Position numbers and translations under genes: made by a program. A stretch of 64,000 bases of DNA. Source: Clostridiales bacterium (GTDB lineage Bacteria > Bacillota > Clostridia > Lachnospirales > Lachnospiraceae). The notes beneath the pieces were generated by a model. It ran no database searches, was not told where the DNA came from, and saw nothing but the letters and a program-made list of their open reading frames with translations. Every line of letters starts with the position of its first letter. The stretch's first letter is position 1. The stretch covers positions 861 through 64,860 of the forward strand of contig JAAYSQ010000042.1 of assembly GCA_012523925.1 (NCBI GenBank), given 5' to 3'. Shown here one piece after another: positions 32,048 to 42,477 of the stretch.

Positions 32048-33685
32048 ATGAATTATAATAAATTATATTCCCTATTATTAATTATGCTATTGGTGTTTTC
32101 ATTAAGTGCTTTGGGGTGCCAAAAGCAATTGTCCAAAGAAGATAGTAGTCCAATAGCAAATGAAGCTCTACATACGATTGAGGATGAGATTTCAGATGTA
32201 GGGACCTTAGAGAAGGAAGACCAAGAAGTTACGGAAAAGGAGAGCGCTGAGTATGCAGATGTAACCTATTCCAGAGTAAGTGTCCATGATCCATCTGTAA
32301 TAAAAGCCAATGGAAACTATTATATCTTTGGATCACATATGGCTTACGCTAAAAGCGATGATCTCATGAACTGGAAGACTTTTAGGTTGAATATTAATAC
32401 AGAGTATTATTATTTGATGGGAGATATATGGGAGGATTACATTAAAACTCCAACAAATCCCAAACTAGAAGAAAATCTCTGGGCACCGGATGTTATATAT
32501 AATAAAGCTATGGGAAAATACTGTATGTATTTAAGTGTCAATGGTGATAAATTTAATTCCGCTATCATTTTACTGGCAGCGGAAGATATCGAGGGACCTT
32601 ATGAGGTAATAGGTCCTGTTGTGTATTCCGGCTTTAATAGGAGTACTCATCCCGTTGAAAAGACAGATGTATACCAGGTCCTTGGAGAAGAGACTGATTT
32701 AACAAGATACCAATCAACAAAGAATACTAAATTAAACGCTATTGATCCTTGTGTTCGTTATGACGAGGAAGGAAAACTGTGGATGGCTTTTGGTTCTTGG
32801 TTTGGTGGGATCTATATGCTGAAACTGGATGAGAATACCGGTTTAAGGGATTATGCTTATACTTACCTAACAGAGCCCAATATATCAGATCAGTATTATG
32901 GGTATAAAATTGCGGGAGGATACGAAGTTTCTGGAGAAGGTGCTTATATTCATAAGTTTGGTGATAATTATTTCTTATTTCTATCATATGGTGGCTTAAC
33001 GCGGGAAGGCGGATATCAGATGAGAGTATTCCGATCTGAGAATATTACCGGACCTTATGTGGATGAATTGGGGCAATCCTCCATTTATACAAAACATGAG
33101 AATAATCTATTAAACAATATAGGAATTCGCTTAGTAGGAAGTTATAAATTCAATGGATCTACTAACATTCCAGCGGCGCAAGGCCATAACTCGGTACTTT
33201 TAGATGATGATGGAAAGATGTTTAATGTATTCCATACCAGATTTGCCGGCGGTTTAGGAGGAAATGCAGAATATCACGAAGTTCATGTTCATCAGTTGTT
33301 TCTTAATGAAGAGGGATGGATTGTTATGGCCCCATACGAATACTCCGGTGAAACAATTTCTAAAACTGGTTATGCTATGCAGGAGTTAATAGGAGATTAT
33401 GAATTTGTAATCCATACCCCTACTATGTACTTCCAAACTGGACTAGGAAAACAACTTGGTATCGCGGAAACGCTTAATATAACCCTAAATAGCGATGGCA
33501 ATGTGGTAGGAGAAGCCTCGGGGACTTGGAACTATAGAGAGGGAACCCCATATATGTCAATAACAATCGATGGAATTTCATATGAAGGTGTGTTTCTAAA
33601 GCAGGCCAATGAGACGGAGCATAAATTAGTTATGACATTTACGGCATTGGGAAATAATATTACAGTTATGGGGAGCAAGAAATAA
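32048..33685 (+). CDS. GH43 endo-arabinanase-like lipoprotein
   Basis: Lipobox LSALGC, VHDPS, WAPDV, NAIDP, SGEGAY, QGHNS, and a C-terminal beta domain. Confidence 0.85.
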   Translation: MNYNKLYSLLLIMLLVFSLSALGCQKQLSKEDSSPIANEALHTIEDEISDVGTLEKEDQEVTEKESAEYADVTYSRVSVHDPSVIKANGNYYIFGSHMAYAKSDDLMNWKTFRLNINTEYYYLMGDIWEDYIKTPTNPKLEENLWAPDVIYNKAMGKYCMYLSVNGDKFNSAIILLAAEDIEGPYEVIGPVVYSGFNRSTHPVEKTDVYQVLGEETDLTRYQSTKNTKLNAIDPCVRYDEEGKLWMAFGSWFGGIYMLKLDENTGLRDYAYTYLTEPNISDQYYGYKIAGGYEVSGEGAYIHKFGDNYFLFLSYGGLTREGGYQMRVFRSENITGPYVDELGQSSIYTKHENNLLNNIGIRLVGSYKFNGSTNIPAAQGHNSVLLDDDGKMFNVFHTRFAGGLGGNAEYHEVHVHQLFLNEEGWIVMAPYEYSGETISKTGYAMQELIGDYEFVIHTPTMYFQTGLGKQLGIAETLNITLNSDGNVVGEASGTWNYREGTPYMSITIDGISYEGVFLKQANETEHKLVMTFTALGNNITVMGSKK

Positions 33686-33695
33686 TTTATTTAAT

Positions 33696-33786
33696 AAACC
33701 TTTCTTATAGAAAAAACTCCTTATATGGACACTGAAATTATAAAATGTCCATACAAGGAGTAGGCTTTCTTTTATAAGAAAGGTTT
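33696..33786. terminator. Long nested hairpin between convergent GH43 genes
   Basis: AAACCTTTCTTATA/TATAAGAAAGGTTT outer stem with inner ACTCCTT.TATGGACA/TGTCCATA.AAGGAGT. Confidence 0.7.
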
Positions 33787-33816
33787 TTTGTTTTAAGGTG
33801 CTTGGATATAGGGGAA

Positions 33817-35157
33817 TTAATTCACTTTCTTAGCCCAAATACAGATACCGTCCTGATCTTTACCTGTGATTGCTATGGTGGGTTTCCATAACTCGTAGTC
33901 CCATACTGGCGTAATGATATAAGTTTCAACTGTTTTGCCATAACTTATTGTTAGTGTGGTATCATCAATCATTTCCCAATATCCCTTAATAGAGCAACAA
34001 TTCATAGATCCATCCGTATGTAATGTCATGGATACAGAATTAAGCACACCTTGTGGAATGGTTGGTATCAATTTGATTCTTTCGTATTGCCCTACTATGA
34101 AATTTCGATCGATTGCTTGCTTCTTTTCCCCTGCGTATGGTTGAGGGCTTGCAACTGGCCACCCATCTGAAGTCCAGAAGATTTTACGAATCTGCATCAT
34201 AGATGGCTCATCTTCCGTACGATAATTATGCTGTCGTATATGGTATACCAAATACCATTCGTTATCAAAATCTCTTAATACAGAATTGTGTCCAGGTCCC
34301 ATATATCCCATACCGTCATTCCAACGATAGCCACAGGCTATCATGAATCCTATAGTATTATCATAATCTTGCAAATCCGTCATATCTTTACCATTATAGT
34401 CAAGATATGGTCCTCTTATGTTTTTGCTTCTGCCTACACGGATATTATAATCACTCTTTAGGGAACCATAGGATACGAAGAGATAATAGTACCTGGTATC
34501 TGGATTATACTCAATATAGGGTCCCTCTAAGGAACAATCAGTCCATTCCGGACGTCTGGCGATACAGGAACCAATCCCTTCTTCAGCTGCAAATCCACTT
34601 TCCTTATCCAATCTTAGAATATAGCAGCCACCCCAGAAAGAACCATATACCATATATTGCTCGCCTGTATCAACATCCTCCACGATATTTGCATCAATAG
34701 CGTTAACTGGTGATTGATTTGATGTTTTGAGAACACACCCCTTTGGAACAAAGGGCCCCTCTGCTTTGTCTGATATAGCAAGAAAAATGCAGGATTGTCG
34801 AACACCCCAGGTGGAGTTGGAACAATAGAGCCGGTATTCGTCATTAACTTTTACAATATCCGGAGCCCATATACCGTCACCCCCGACCCATTCCATTGAT
34901 TCTGTAGGGGGGTTCTCAACCACTTTACCAATCATATCCCAGTGTATTAAATCACGTGAACGGTGGCAATTGGCCCTAGTTGAATATACATAATAATTAT
35001 CGGTTACCGGATCATGAAAAATATGTGGATCATGAATATACCAGAGACTTTCTTTTGGTTGATTATAACGATTTTTTCTATCATCGCCATTTAATTGTTT
35101 TGGCTTAGGTGCCAAAGGTAGTGGTTCGTTAGGAAACTGTATTGCCTTGTTGGACAT
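33817..35157 (-). CDS. GH43 arabinanase-like, cytoplasmic
   Basis: IHDPH, WAPDI, NAIDAN, LEGPY, GPGHNS. No signal peptide. Confidence 0.87.
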   Translation of the reverse strand: MSNKAIQFPNEPLPLAPKPKQLNGDDRKNRYNQPKESLWYIHDPHIFHDPVTDNYYVYSTRANCHRSRDLIHWDMIGKVVENPPTESMEWVGGDGIWAPDIVKVNDEYRLYCSNSTWGVRQSCIFLAISDKAEGPFVPKGCVLKTSNQSPVNAIDANIVEDVDTGEQYMVYGSFWGGCYILRLDKESGFAAEEGIGSCIARRPEWTDCSLEGPYIEYNPDTRYYYLFVSYGSLKSDYNIRVGRSKNIRGPYLDYNGKDMTDLQDYDNTIGFMIACGYRWNDGMGYMGPGHNSVLRDFDNEWYLVYHIRQHNYRTEDEPSMMQIRKIFWTSDGWPVASPQPYAGEKKQAIDRNFIVGQYERIKLIPTIPQGVLNSVSMTLHTDGSMNCCSIKGYWEMIDDTTLTISYGKTVETYIITPVWDYELWKPTIAITGKDQDGICIWAKKVN

Positions 35158-35323
35158 GATATTTACCTCCTGTAAATGTATTGGAAATCATTGCTACTAT
35201 AAAGAATTTTAATGATGAATTATGATAATGTCAATAATTTAATTGAGAAAATAACAAAATATTTTAGTAAAACCAATAATAAACTGGTATTTATAATGTA
35301 TGTTAAAATATTTTACAAAACTA

Positions 35324-35352
35324 TTGACAATATATCATAAAAATTGTATTAT
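35324..35352 (+). promoter_or_regulatory. sigma-A promoter of the ABC operon
   Basis: TTGACA-17-TATTAT. Confidence 0.6.
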
Positions 35353-35648
35353 ATGTATAAATGGATAAGAAGTTTATGGAATTTACTTCTCAAAAATTAC
35401 TACAAAATACAACAGAATTTAAAAATATTAAATTGTTGTTTTTGCATTGTTAATGTAAAGTATTATAGAATAACCTAAAATAATCCTAAATATAATTAAC
35501 TTTTGCTCTTTTATAGTTTATTTTCAAAATACAATGAATCAGTTCTGATCCTTGCAAGGGAGGGGATTGTTTACACAAGAAACCCTTGATATAAATTATG
35601 CGTGTTTTATAACACGCAGGTAAAATGAAAGGAAAGAAGGAGAGAAGA

Positions 35649-37124
35649 ATGAAAAAGAGAGTAACTGGTATTTTGTTGAGCATTATGTTGGTTATGGCAA
35701 TTCTTGTAGGCTGTTCTGCTAAGCCGGAGACGTCAACTGACACGGATGCTACGACGGGAAATGAAACTATCGGTGCGGACATCGAAGTTTCAAAAGAGAG
35801 TACGGAGAATATTCAGGTAGAAGGCGATTATTCTGGTACAGATATTACCGTTTTTATCTTTGCGCAGGAGCATGAAAAAGCGGTTTATCAGTCTCTGATT
35901 AACGAATTTATGGAAAAGACCGGTGCTAAGGTCACATTGGAAGTTACGACTGCAGATGAATATGGTGCGAAGCTTCTCGCATATAAGACTGCTAACGATA
36001 TGCCAGATATCTTCTATGTGGGACCTGAGGCAGTAGCTAGTAATGTAAACGATGGTTACTTATTACCTTTGGATGATTACATTTCCGAGAAAGCCATCAA
36101 TGATTTCTGGCCAGCAATTAGTACAGCTTACCGTTATGACGGTAAAACAATAGGTGAAGGCCCAATTTATTGCTTACCAAAGGATCTATCGACCTTTGCA
36201 TTTGCATATAATAAAGACATTTTTGATGCGGCAGGTTTAGAATATCCTGATCCAGCAAATCCTTATACTTGGGAGGAGTTTTTAGAGGTTTGTAAAGAAT
36301 TGACAAAAGATACCGACGGCGACGGAGAAATTGATCAGTGGGGGACTGCCAATGCTCTTCAGTGGAGTTTAGATGCATTTATCTACACAAATGGTGGACA
36401 TTTCCTTAACGAAGATTATACGAAAGTAGTAATTGATGGACAAAAAGAATTTGTTGATGCATTTCAATACTTTGCAGATCTAACTTGCAAATATGGTGTT
36501 ACGCCATCCGTTGAGCAGGATACTGCACTTGGTGGATATCAGAGATGGTTAGATGGACAGATTGGCTTCTTTGCATGTGGTACATGGGATGTTGGTGCAT
36601 TTATGGACGACAATACTTTCCCATACGAATGGGGCTTATGTGGCTGGCCGGTTGGTTCTACCGGAGTTTCTATGACACGTAATGGAAGTGTTGGTTTTGC
36701 GGTTTCCGCTGATACCAAGAATCCAGACGCAAGTACGGCTTTAGTTGCCTTGTTATCCACTGACTTGGAAGGACAAAGGGTCCTAAGCGGTGAAACCACT
36801 GGTGCATCACTTCAGATTCCAAACATCATGAGTTATGCTAAGGGTGATTTCGTTGACCGAATTGAAGATGGTACAATACCTTATGGGGATAATGTTGAAG
36901 TTATCTTTAATTATATAGAAGGAACCGATAAGTATCAGGGTATCTTTGTAGAAACCACATATACATATAATGCAGATTGGTGGACGGAATTCTTAAGTGG
37001 TGGCTATGAATATGTACTAACCGGTGAAATGACTGCCGCAGATTATTGTGCACAGGTACAACCGGCTATGCAGGACGCTCTCGATAATGCGAATGAATTA
37101 AAAGCAGCAGCGGCATCTGAATAA
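35649..37124 (+). CDS. Sugar ABC substrate-binding lipoprotein, probably for arabino-oligosaccharides
   Basis: Lipobox ILVGC, MPDIFY, YNKDIFDAAG, YTWEEF, and a DTDGDGEID loop. Confidence 0.9.
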   Translation: MKKRVTGILLSIMLVMAILVGCSAKPETSTDTDATTGNETIGADIEVSKESTENIQVEGDYSGTDITVFIFAQEHEKAVYQSLINEFMEKTGAKVTLEVTTADEYGAKLLAYKTANDMPDIFYVGPEAVASNVNDGYLLPLDDYISEKAINDFWPAISTAYRYDGKTIGEGPIYCLPKDLSTFAFAYNKDIFDAAGLEYPDPANPYTWEEFLEVCKELTKDTDGDGEIDQWGTANALQWSLDAFIYTNGGHFLNEDYTKVVIDGQKEFVDAFQYFADLTCKYGVTPSVEQDTALGGYQRWLDGQIGFFACGTWDVGAFMDDNTFPYEWGLCGWPVGSTGVSMTRNGSVGFAVSADTKNPDASTALVALLSTDLEGQRVLSGETTGASLQIPNIMSYAKGDFVDRIEDGTIPYGDNVEVIFNYIEGTDKYQGIFVETTYTYNADWWTEFLSGGYEYVLTGEMTAADYCAQVQPAMQDALDNANELKAAAASE

Positions 37125-37142
37125 TCATAATTTGCGCTGTTA

Positions 37143-37187
37143 GGAAATAGGGCTGTTACATAAATAGAACTTTACAGCCCTATTTCC
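37143..37187 (+). repeat. Hairpin carrying the ends of the repeat family (minimal copy)
   Basis: GGAAATAGGGCTGT/ACAGCCCTATTTCC. GAAATAGGGCTGTT (37144-37157) is identical to 43493-43506. Confidence 0.6.
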
Positions 37188-37216
37188 ATAATTTGAAAAT
37201 TATGAAAGGTGATACC

Positions 37217-38146
37217 ATGAATTTGAATAATAAGGCTAAAAAAACTAAATATAAGATGTCACCAATAGCAAAAAAAGAAGAACGAATTGCGTGGTTATTT
37301 ATCGCAGCACCAATCATTGGCTTTCTATTGTTTATGGCGTATCCGATTGTATATGCCTTTATAGCTAGCTTAACAAAATGGACTGGTACCAGGAGTATGC
37401 TGGATACATTTTGTGGATTCGATAACTACGTGAGGTTATTCTCGGATGCAAAGTTTTGGAAGACATTAAGAACAACGACTATATATCTCATAGGTATTCC
37501 AATCGGAATGATTCTTGGGATTGTACTTGCCATGGGGATGAATCGAAAAATACCTGGGGTTAGAGTACTGCGTACCATGTATTACGTTCCCGTAATCTCT
37601 TCTTTGGTAGCGGTATCCATATTGTGGGCTTGGGTCTACAACTATGATTACGGCCTTTTGAATATGATTATAAAATTTCTTACTGGGAAACATGGGCCCA
37701 ACTGGTTGGGAGATGAGACTCTTATCAAAGTATCAATGATTATATTTATGGTATGGAGAGGATTGGGGAATTCGATCATTCTTTATCTGGCAGGATTGCA
37801 GAATATTCCAAGATCCTATTATGAAGCTGCTTTGGTTGATGGTGCGAATGGATGGCAAAAATTCAGAAATATAACCCTTCCCTTGCTATCACCGGTAACT
37901 TTTTATATCCTAATAACTAGTTTAATTGGCGGGTTCCAGGTATTCGTTGAAGTTCAGGTTATGACACTCAATGGCGGTATCGGTTACAGTGCTGCAACAA
38001 TTGTATATTATATGTATCAAAAGGCGTTTGAAGGTTTTCAATTAGGTTATGCTTCATCGATAGCGGTTATTCTTGCTATTATTATCTTTATCATTACTAT
38101 AGTTAATTTCACATTTCAAGATAAATGGGTTAAAACAATGGATTAA
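37217..38146 (+). CDS. Carbohydrate ABC permease
   Basis: LAGLQNIPRSYYEAALVDGA EAA loop and several TMs. Confidence 0.92.
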   Translation: MNLNNKAKKTKYKMSPIAKKEERIAWLFIAAPIIGFLLFMAYPIVYAFIASLTKWTGTRSMLDTFCGFDNYVRLFSDAKFWKTLRTTTIYLIGIPIGMILGIVLAMGMNRKIPGVRVLRTMYYVPVISSLVAVSILWAWVYNYDYGLLNMIIKFLTGKHGPNWLGDETLIKVSMIIFMVWRGLGNSIILYLAGLQNIPRSYYEAALVDGANGWQKFRNITLPLLSPVTFYILITSLIGGFQVFVEVQVMTLNGGIGYSAATIVYYMYQKAFEGFQLGYASSIAVILAIIIFIITIVNFTFQDKWVKTMD

Positions 38147-38158
38147 GGGGGGAGACAT

Positions 38159-39019
38159 ATGGCAAAAGACAGTTCAAAGGGAGTTTCATCAAGAAAATCA
38201 AGATTTATTGATCGGATTGTTTTTGTATTACTTGCTCTAGGAGCAATCATAATGATATTCCCATTAATCTATATGGTAATGACTTCATTTATGACAAAAA
38301 ATCAGATCCTATCAGGAAAACTTAATATTATTCCAAATCCATGGGTATTAGGTAAGTATTCCGAGGTTATGCAAAAAGGGTCTTTTGTGTCGGGTATTAT
38401 AAATACTTTAAAGGTAGAAGTGCCTGTGTTGTTAATTGGTGGTTTTACGTCCTCCTTAGCAGCATTTGCGTTTGCAAAAATGAAGTTCAGAGCTAGAAAT
38501 GGTATCTTTCTCGTTCTTTTGGCTACGATAATGATACCATTTGCAGTAATTATGATTCCACAATACGTTTTGTTTACAAAACTTCGTTGGACAGATACTT
38601 TACTACCTTTAATAGTTCCAGCCTGTTTTGGCAATGTAAGTATGATTTTCTTTTTAAGGCAGAACTTAACAAGCATACCCAACGATTTAATGGATGCTGC
38701 CAAAATGGATGGTTGTGGCTTCTTTCGTACATTCATTCAGATATTCCTACCACTTATGAAGGGAGCTATAGGAACACAGTTGACCTTATGGTTTATGGCA
38801 ATTTGGAATGATTATCTTGCACCAACAATCTTCTTAAGAAGTGAGAGTAATTGGACATTACAAGTGGTAATTCGTTCTTTTAATACATATTATGCAATTC
38901 AAAGTGACTATGCTTTGATTATGGCTGCTTCGGCAATAGCGATGCTGCCTACATTAATCATATTCTTCGCATTTCAAAGGGTTATTATTGAATCTATAGC
39001 AATTAGCGGTATTAAATAG
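38159..39019 (+). CDS. Carbohydrate ABC permease
   Basis: IPNDLMDAAKMDG and WNDYLAP. Confidence 0.92.
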   Translation: MAKDSSKGVSSRKSRFIDRIVFVLLALGAIIMIFPLIYMVMTSFMTKNQILSGKLNIIPNPWVLGKYSEVMQKGSFVSGIINTLKVEVPVLLIGGFTSSLAAFAFAKMKFRARNGIFLVLLATIMIPFAVIMIPQYVLFTKLRWTDTLLPLIVPACFGNVSMIFFLRQNLTSIPNDLMDAAKMDGCGFFRTFIQIFLPLMKGAIGTQLTLWFMAIWNDYLAPTIFLRSESNWTLQVVIRSFNTYYAIQSDYALIMAASAIAMLPTLIIFFAFQRVIIESIAISGIK

Positions 39020-39073
39020 TGTTTTTAATAAATAGTATTTTAAATTAATAGAATTTGTAAAAGAGGGAAGATA

Positions 39074-39706
39074 ATGTCGGAGACACCGGTTATTCAATTT
39101 CTTAATAAAATGGCGGATCTAATACTATTAAATGCATTGTGGATACTGTGTTGCATTCCAATTGTAACGATAGGAGCTTCAACAACAGCAATGTATTATG
39201 TTCTAATACGCTCCATTCGGTATGGAGATGGCTATGTAGTAAAGATGTTTTTTTTATCATTTAAAAGAGATTTCAAACAATCTACATTTGCCTGGTTAAT
39301 TATAGTAGTATTATTTTGCCTATTAGGAATGGATCTCTATTTTTGGTATGTACTTACAGAGGGAGTGATTGCAAAAGTAATGCTTGTCCTAAGTTTATCG
39401 GTGGCATTTGTTATATTTATAACTAGCCTTTATATTTTCCCTGTAATTGCAAAGTTTGAAAACACACTTTATATACATGTGAAAAATGCTGTAGCAATGG
39501 CAATTGGACATTTTAAGCATACTACAATTATTTTGCTTATAATCGCAATTTTCTTTTATGCGAATTATAAAACATTGGCTGCGAATGTGATTATGTTATT
39601 TATTGGTTTTGCTTTGTTGGCCTATATCCTTTCATTCTTTTTTTATAGTGTTTTTATGAATTACATGGATGAAAGGTATGATGACTTTTATATTGATGAA
39701 AGGTAG
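39074..39706 (+). CDS. YesL/DUF624 family membrane protein
   Basis: LNALWILCCIPIVTIGASTTAMY...SFKRDFKQ pattern, next to a sugar ABC operon. Confidence 0.85.
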   Translation: MSETPVIQFLNKMADLILLNALWILCCIPIVTIGASTTAMYYVLIRSIRYGDGYVVKMFFLSFKRDFKQSTFAWLIIVVLFCLLGMDLYFWYVLTEGVIAKVMLVLSLSVAFVIFITSLYIFPVIAKFENTLYIHVKNAVAMAIGHFKHTTIILLIIAIFFYANYKTLAANVIMLFIGFALLAYILSFFFYSVFMNYMDERYDDFYIDER

Positions 39707-39714
39707 ACACTAAA

Positions 39715-40662
39715 ATGAATGACTTGATTTATAATAAGCCCTGGATTTTGAAAAGGGCAGATCCATACGTTTATAAGCATACAGATGGCTGGTACTATTT
39801 TACGGCCAGTATGCCAGAATTTGATTCTATTCCTCTGCGAAAGTCAAGGACTTTACATGGATTAGCAAATGCACAAGAGAATATTATATGGAAAAAACAC
39901 GAAAGTGGAATTATGGGGGCGCATATTTGGGCGCCAGAACTTCATTACCTTGATGGTAAATGGTATATATATTTTGCAGCTGGTGAAACAGAAAATATAT
40001 GGAAAATTCGTCCCTATGTATTAGAATGCTCTGATAAAGATCCTACGAAAGGAAAATGGATAGAAAAAGGAAGCATGCAGTGTGCAGATGAAGATGAGTT
40101 TTCTTTTCGAGCTTTCTCATTAGATGCAACAGTTTTTGAGAATTTAGGAAAGTATTATTTCGTTTGGGCTGAAAAAGTTGGAGTGGGTAAACAGATTTCT
40201 AATCTGTATATTGCTGAAATGGAAAACCCTTATAAATTAAAAACCGTACAAGTACTTCTTACCACTCCAGATTACGACTGGGAACGAAAGGGCTTTTGGG
40301 TAAATGAAGGACCTGCAATAATTAAAAGAGGTGATAAGATTTATCTAACCTATTCTGCCAGTGAAACAGGTATCGATTATTGTGTAGGAATGCTGAGTAC
40401 AGATGCCAGTAAGGATCTTTTGGATCCTCGTTCATGGTCTAAGGAACGTTATCCAGTATTACAAAGCGACAGTGAACGTAATATCTACGGACCAGGTCAT
40501 AATTCGTTTACAAAGGATGAAGATGGTAATGATATTATGGTTTACCATGCAAGAAATGAAACGACAATACATGGAAACCCACTTTATGTTGCTAATAGAC
40601 ATGCAATGCTTATGAGAATTACATGGGATGAAAATAATAGGCCAGTATTTTTATATAGATAA
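39715..40662 (+). CDS. GH43 alpha-L-arabinofuranosidase-like
   Basis: RADPY, WAPELH, SLDAT, VNEGP, GPGHNSF. Confidence 0.88.
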   Translation: MNDLIYNKPWILKRADPYVYKHTDGWYYFTASMPEFDSIPLRKSRTLHGLANAQENIIWKKHESGIMGAHIWAPELHYLDGKWYIYFAAGETENIWKIRPYVLECSDKDPTKGKWIEKGSMQCADEDEFSFRAFSLDATVFENLGKYYFVWAEKVGVGKQISNLYIAEMENPYKLKTVQVLLTTPDYDWERKGFWVNEGPAIIKRGDKIYLTYSASETGIDYCVGMLSTDASKDLLDPRSWSKERYPVLQSDSERNIYGPGHNSFTKDEDGNDIMVYHARNETTIHGNPLYVANRHAMLMRITWDENNRPVFLYR

Positions 40663-40789
40663 ATAATAATAGGAGCTGATGATGTGAAAACAAAAGATAA
40701 GCAAAGCTTCAAATTACCAAATTGTTTCTCAGCTTTACTTGGCCGAATTAAGTAAGATGGAATAGAATGGAGATTAAACCATAATAAAT

Positions 40790-40818
40790 AACCAGCCTGT
40801 TACTGCAATAGGCTGGTT
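40790..40818. terminator. Terminator between convergent genes
   Basis: AACCAGCCTGTT/AATAGGCTGGTT inverted repeat. Confidence 0.65.
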
Positions 40819-40835
40819 GTTCAATTCTATATAAA

Positions 40836-41762
40836 TTATTCTTCACTTGAAATAGGGCTATAGTTAATTCTTACATTAATATTTTGATTGTAATTTCCAA
40901 AGTTTTTCCCGAAAATCGTTAGACCACCAATGTTTTTTGCATCATCGGGGATACCGATCTTGAATTTAATATCACTCTTAAAGTCAAGGTCAAAATCATT
41001 AATGGAAACATCAGATATTTTTAAACCATCGATAAAGGTGCCCTTGCAATTAATCGCCAATAGCTTTAGCAGTCCATATTGATTCCAATTAGGAAACCAC
41101 CAATCAGGAGTGAATATTCCCTTGGTATCACCGAAATCACCAGGACTTGTCCAACTGCCAAGGCAAACGTTGTTCAGATAGAAATGAATATCGGAAGGCC
41201 AGATCTCATTAATTCCAGGAGCTTCTGAACTAAGTTCGGCAGATATTGTTATTTGGTCGATTTTTTGGTGTGCCGGAATAAAGTTTGGTATAATGTACTC
41301 TACATAACCCTTTGTAAACCAAATTATATCGGCATCAAAACGGTCTGGATGTGAAAAATAACGCTTATCATCCACTTCGCCGATGAGAGCTTTGGAAGTG
41401 GCCAAACCGCAAGTAGGATATATATTAAAATCGGAAAAATGCCCTACCCTTAACTCTGTTTGATAGGTATTAGTAGTCGTTTCCTGTGTATCCAATTCGA
41501 TTAAAATTTTATCAAGGTTTACGGAGCATATTTTCGTATTGCCATGACCAGAACCCTCACTTGATATTCTTACAATACCGCATTCTTCCAATTTCTTAAT
41601 ATGTGTGGTCAGAGCGCCGTTCGTAATATTTAGGTAATTAGCAATTTCGTTCATTTTCATGCCGTGATTGCGTAAAAGAAGATTTACAATTTCAATACGT
41701 ATTTCAGACCCAAGTGCCTTAAACACATTAAGTCCGTCACTTAAGGATTTAATATGTAACAT
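40836..41762 (-). CDS. ArsR-type HTH regulator with extended C-terminal domain (sugar-locus associated)
   Basis: FKALGSEIRIEI..LL...LTTHIKKLEECG HTH; C-terminal SSEAPG, WPSDI, WTSPGDFG, QYGLLK. Confidence 0.8.
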   Translation of the reverse strand: MLHIKSLSDGLNVFKALGSEIRIEIVNLLLRNHGMKMNEIANYLNITNGALTTHIKKLEECGIVRISSEGSGHGNTKICSVNLDKILIELDTQETTTNTYQTELRVGHFSDFNIYPTCGLATSKALIGEVDDKRYFSHPDRFDADIIWFTKGYVEYIIPNFIPAHQKIDQITISAELSSEAPGINEIWPSDIHFYLNNVCLGSWTSPGDFGDTKGIFTPDWWFPNWNQYGLLKLLAINCKGTFIDGLKISDVSINDFDLDFKSDIKFKIGIPDDAKNIGGLTIFGKNFGNYNQNINVRINYSPISSEE

Positions 41763-42096
41763 CTGTTCACCCTATTCTTTAATAATTTAAAGTCTCATAA
41801 AATATTATAAGTAAATTCGAAAAAAATGTCAATATAAAACGCAATATATGCCTTGTTTTTACATATGTTTATTGACTTGAGAATTATTTTATCTTTCTAA
41901 AACTACAATATTAATAACAATGTATTGTATTAATAACAATTGTATTATAAATAATATTATGTGTAAATCTAAAAAGTATCATTAAATAGTCTACAGTTAA
42001 CTAAAACAATGACTGATTAAAGTCTATTATTTGACCGTATACTATATCGTATATTAACATACGGTCAAATACATGACAACCTATGAGGAGGATGAA

Positions 42097-42477
42097 ATGA
42101 GCCAGTTATTTTTGAATGAAATGATACAAAAACAGTTGGAACACAAAACTATACGTGAATTTAAGGAAAAGAATTTGCCTAAGTTAACTTTTCCAGTTCT
42201 AGGCCTTGGTATCGGTTATCCCAGTCAGGAACCTCAGCTCAAGCCTAGGATGGATATGAAACTTCGGGTTTTTGAGAATAACTACATTTGTTTCGACAAT
42301 TATTTAGATGAAATCAAGGAATACGATGAAGAGATGACAACCTATTACGATCTTAGAGATAGCAATCGACGGGTCGACAGTTTTAGCGATCAGGTTGTAG
42401 CAAAATTGGGTCATACAATCCCAAAACGCCAGCAAATAATCGACGTGGTTAAGAAGCAAGGCTTCAACATCGAATAA
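42097..42477 (+). pseudogene. NfsA/NfrA-type nitroreductase with an in-frame internal deletion
   Basis: N-terminal HKTIREFKEK is joined directly to C-terminal NLPKLTFPVLGLGIGYP..KPR..YYDLR. 126 aa, about half the usual length. Confidence 0.8.

Noticed and set aside
42073-42345. 12-nt direct repeat ATGACAACCTAT at 42073 and 42334
   Set aside because: It does not coincide with the deletion breakpoint and is probably chance.
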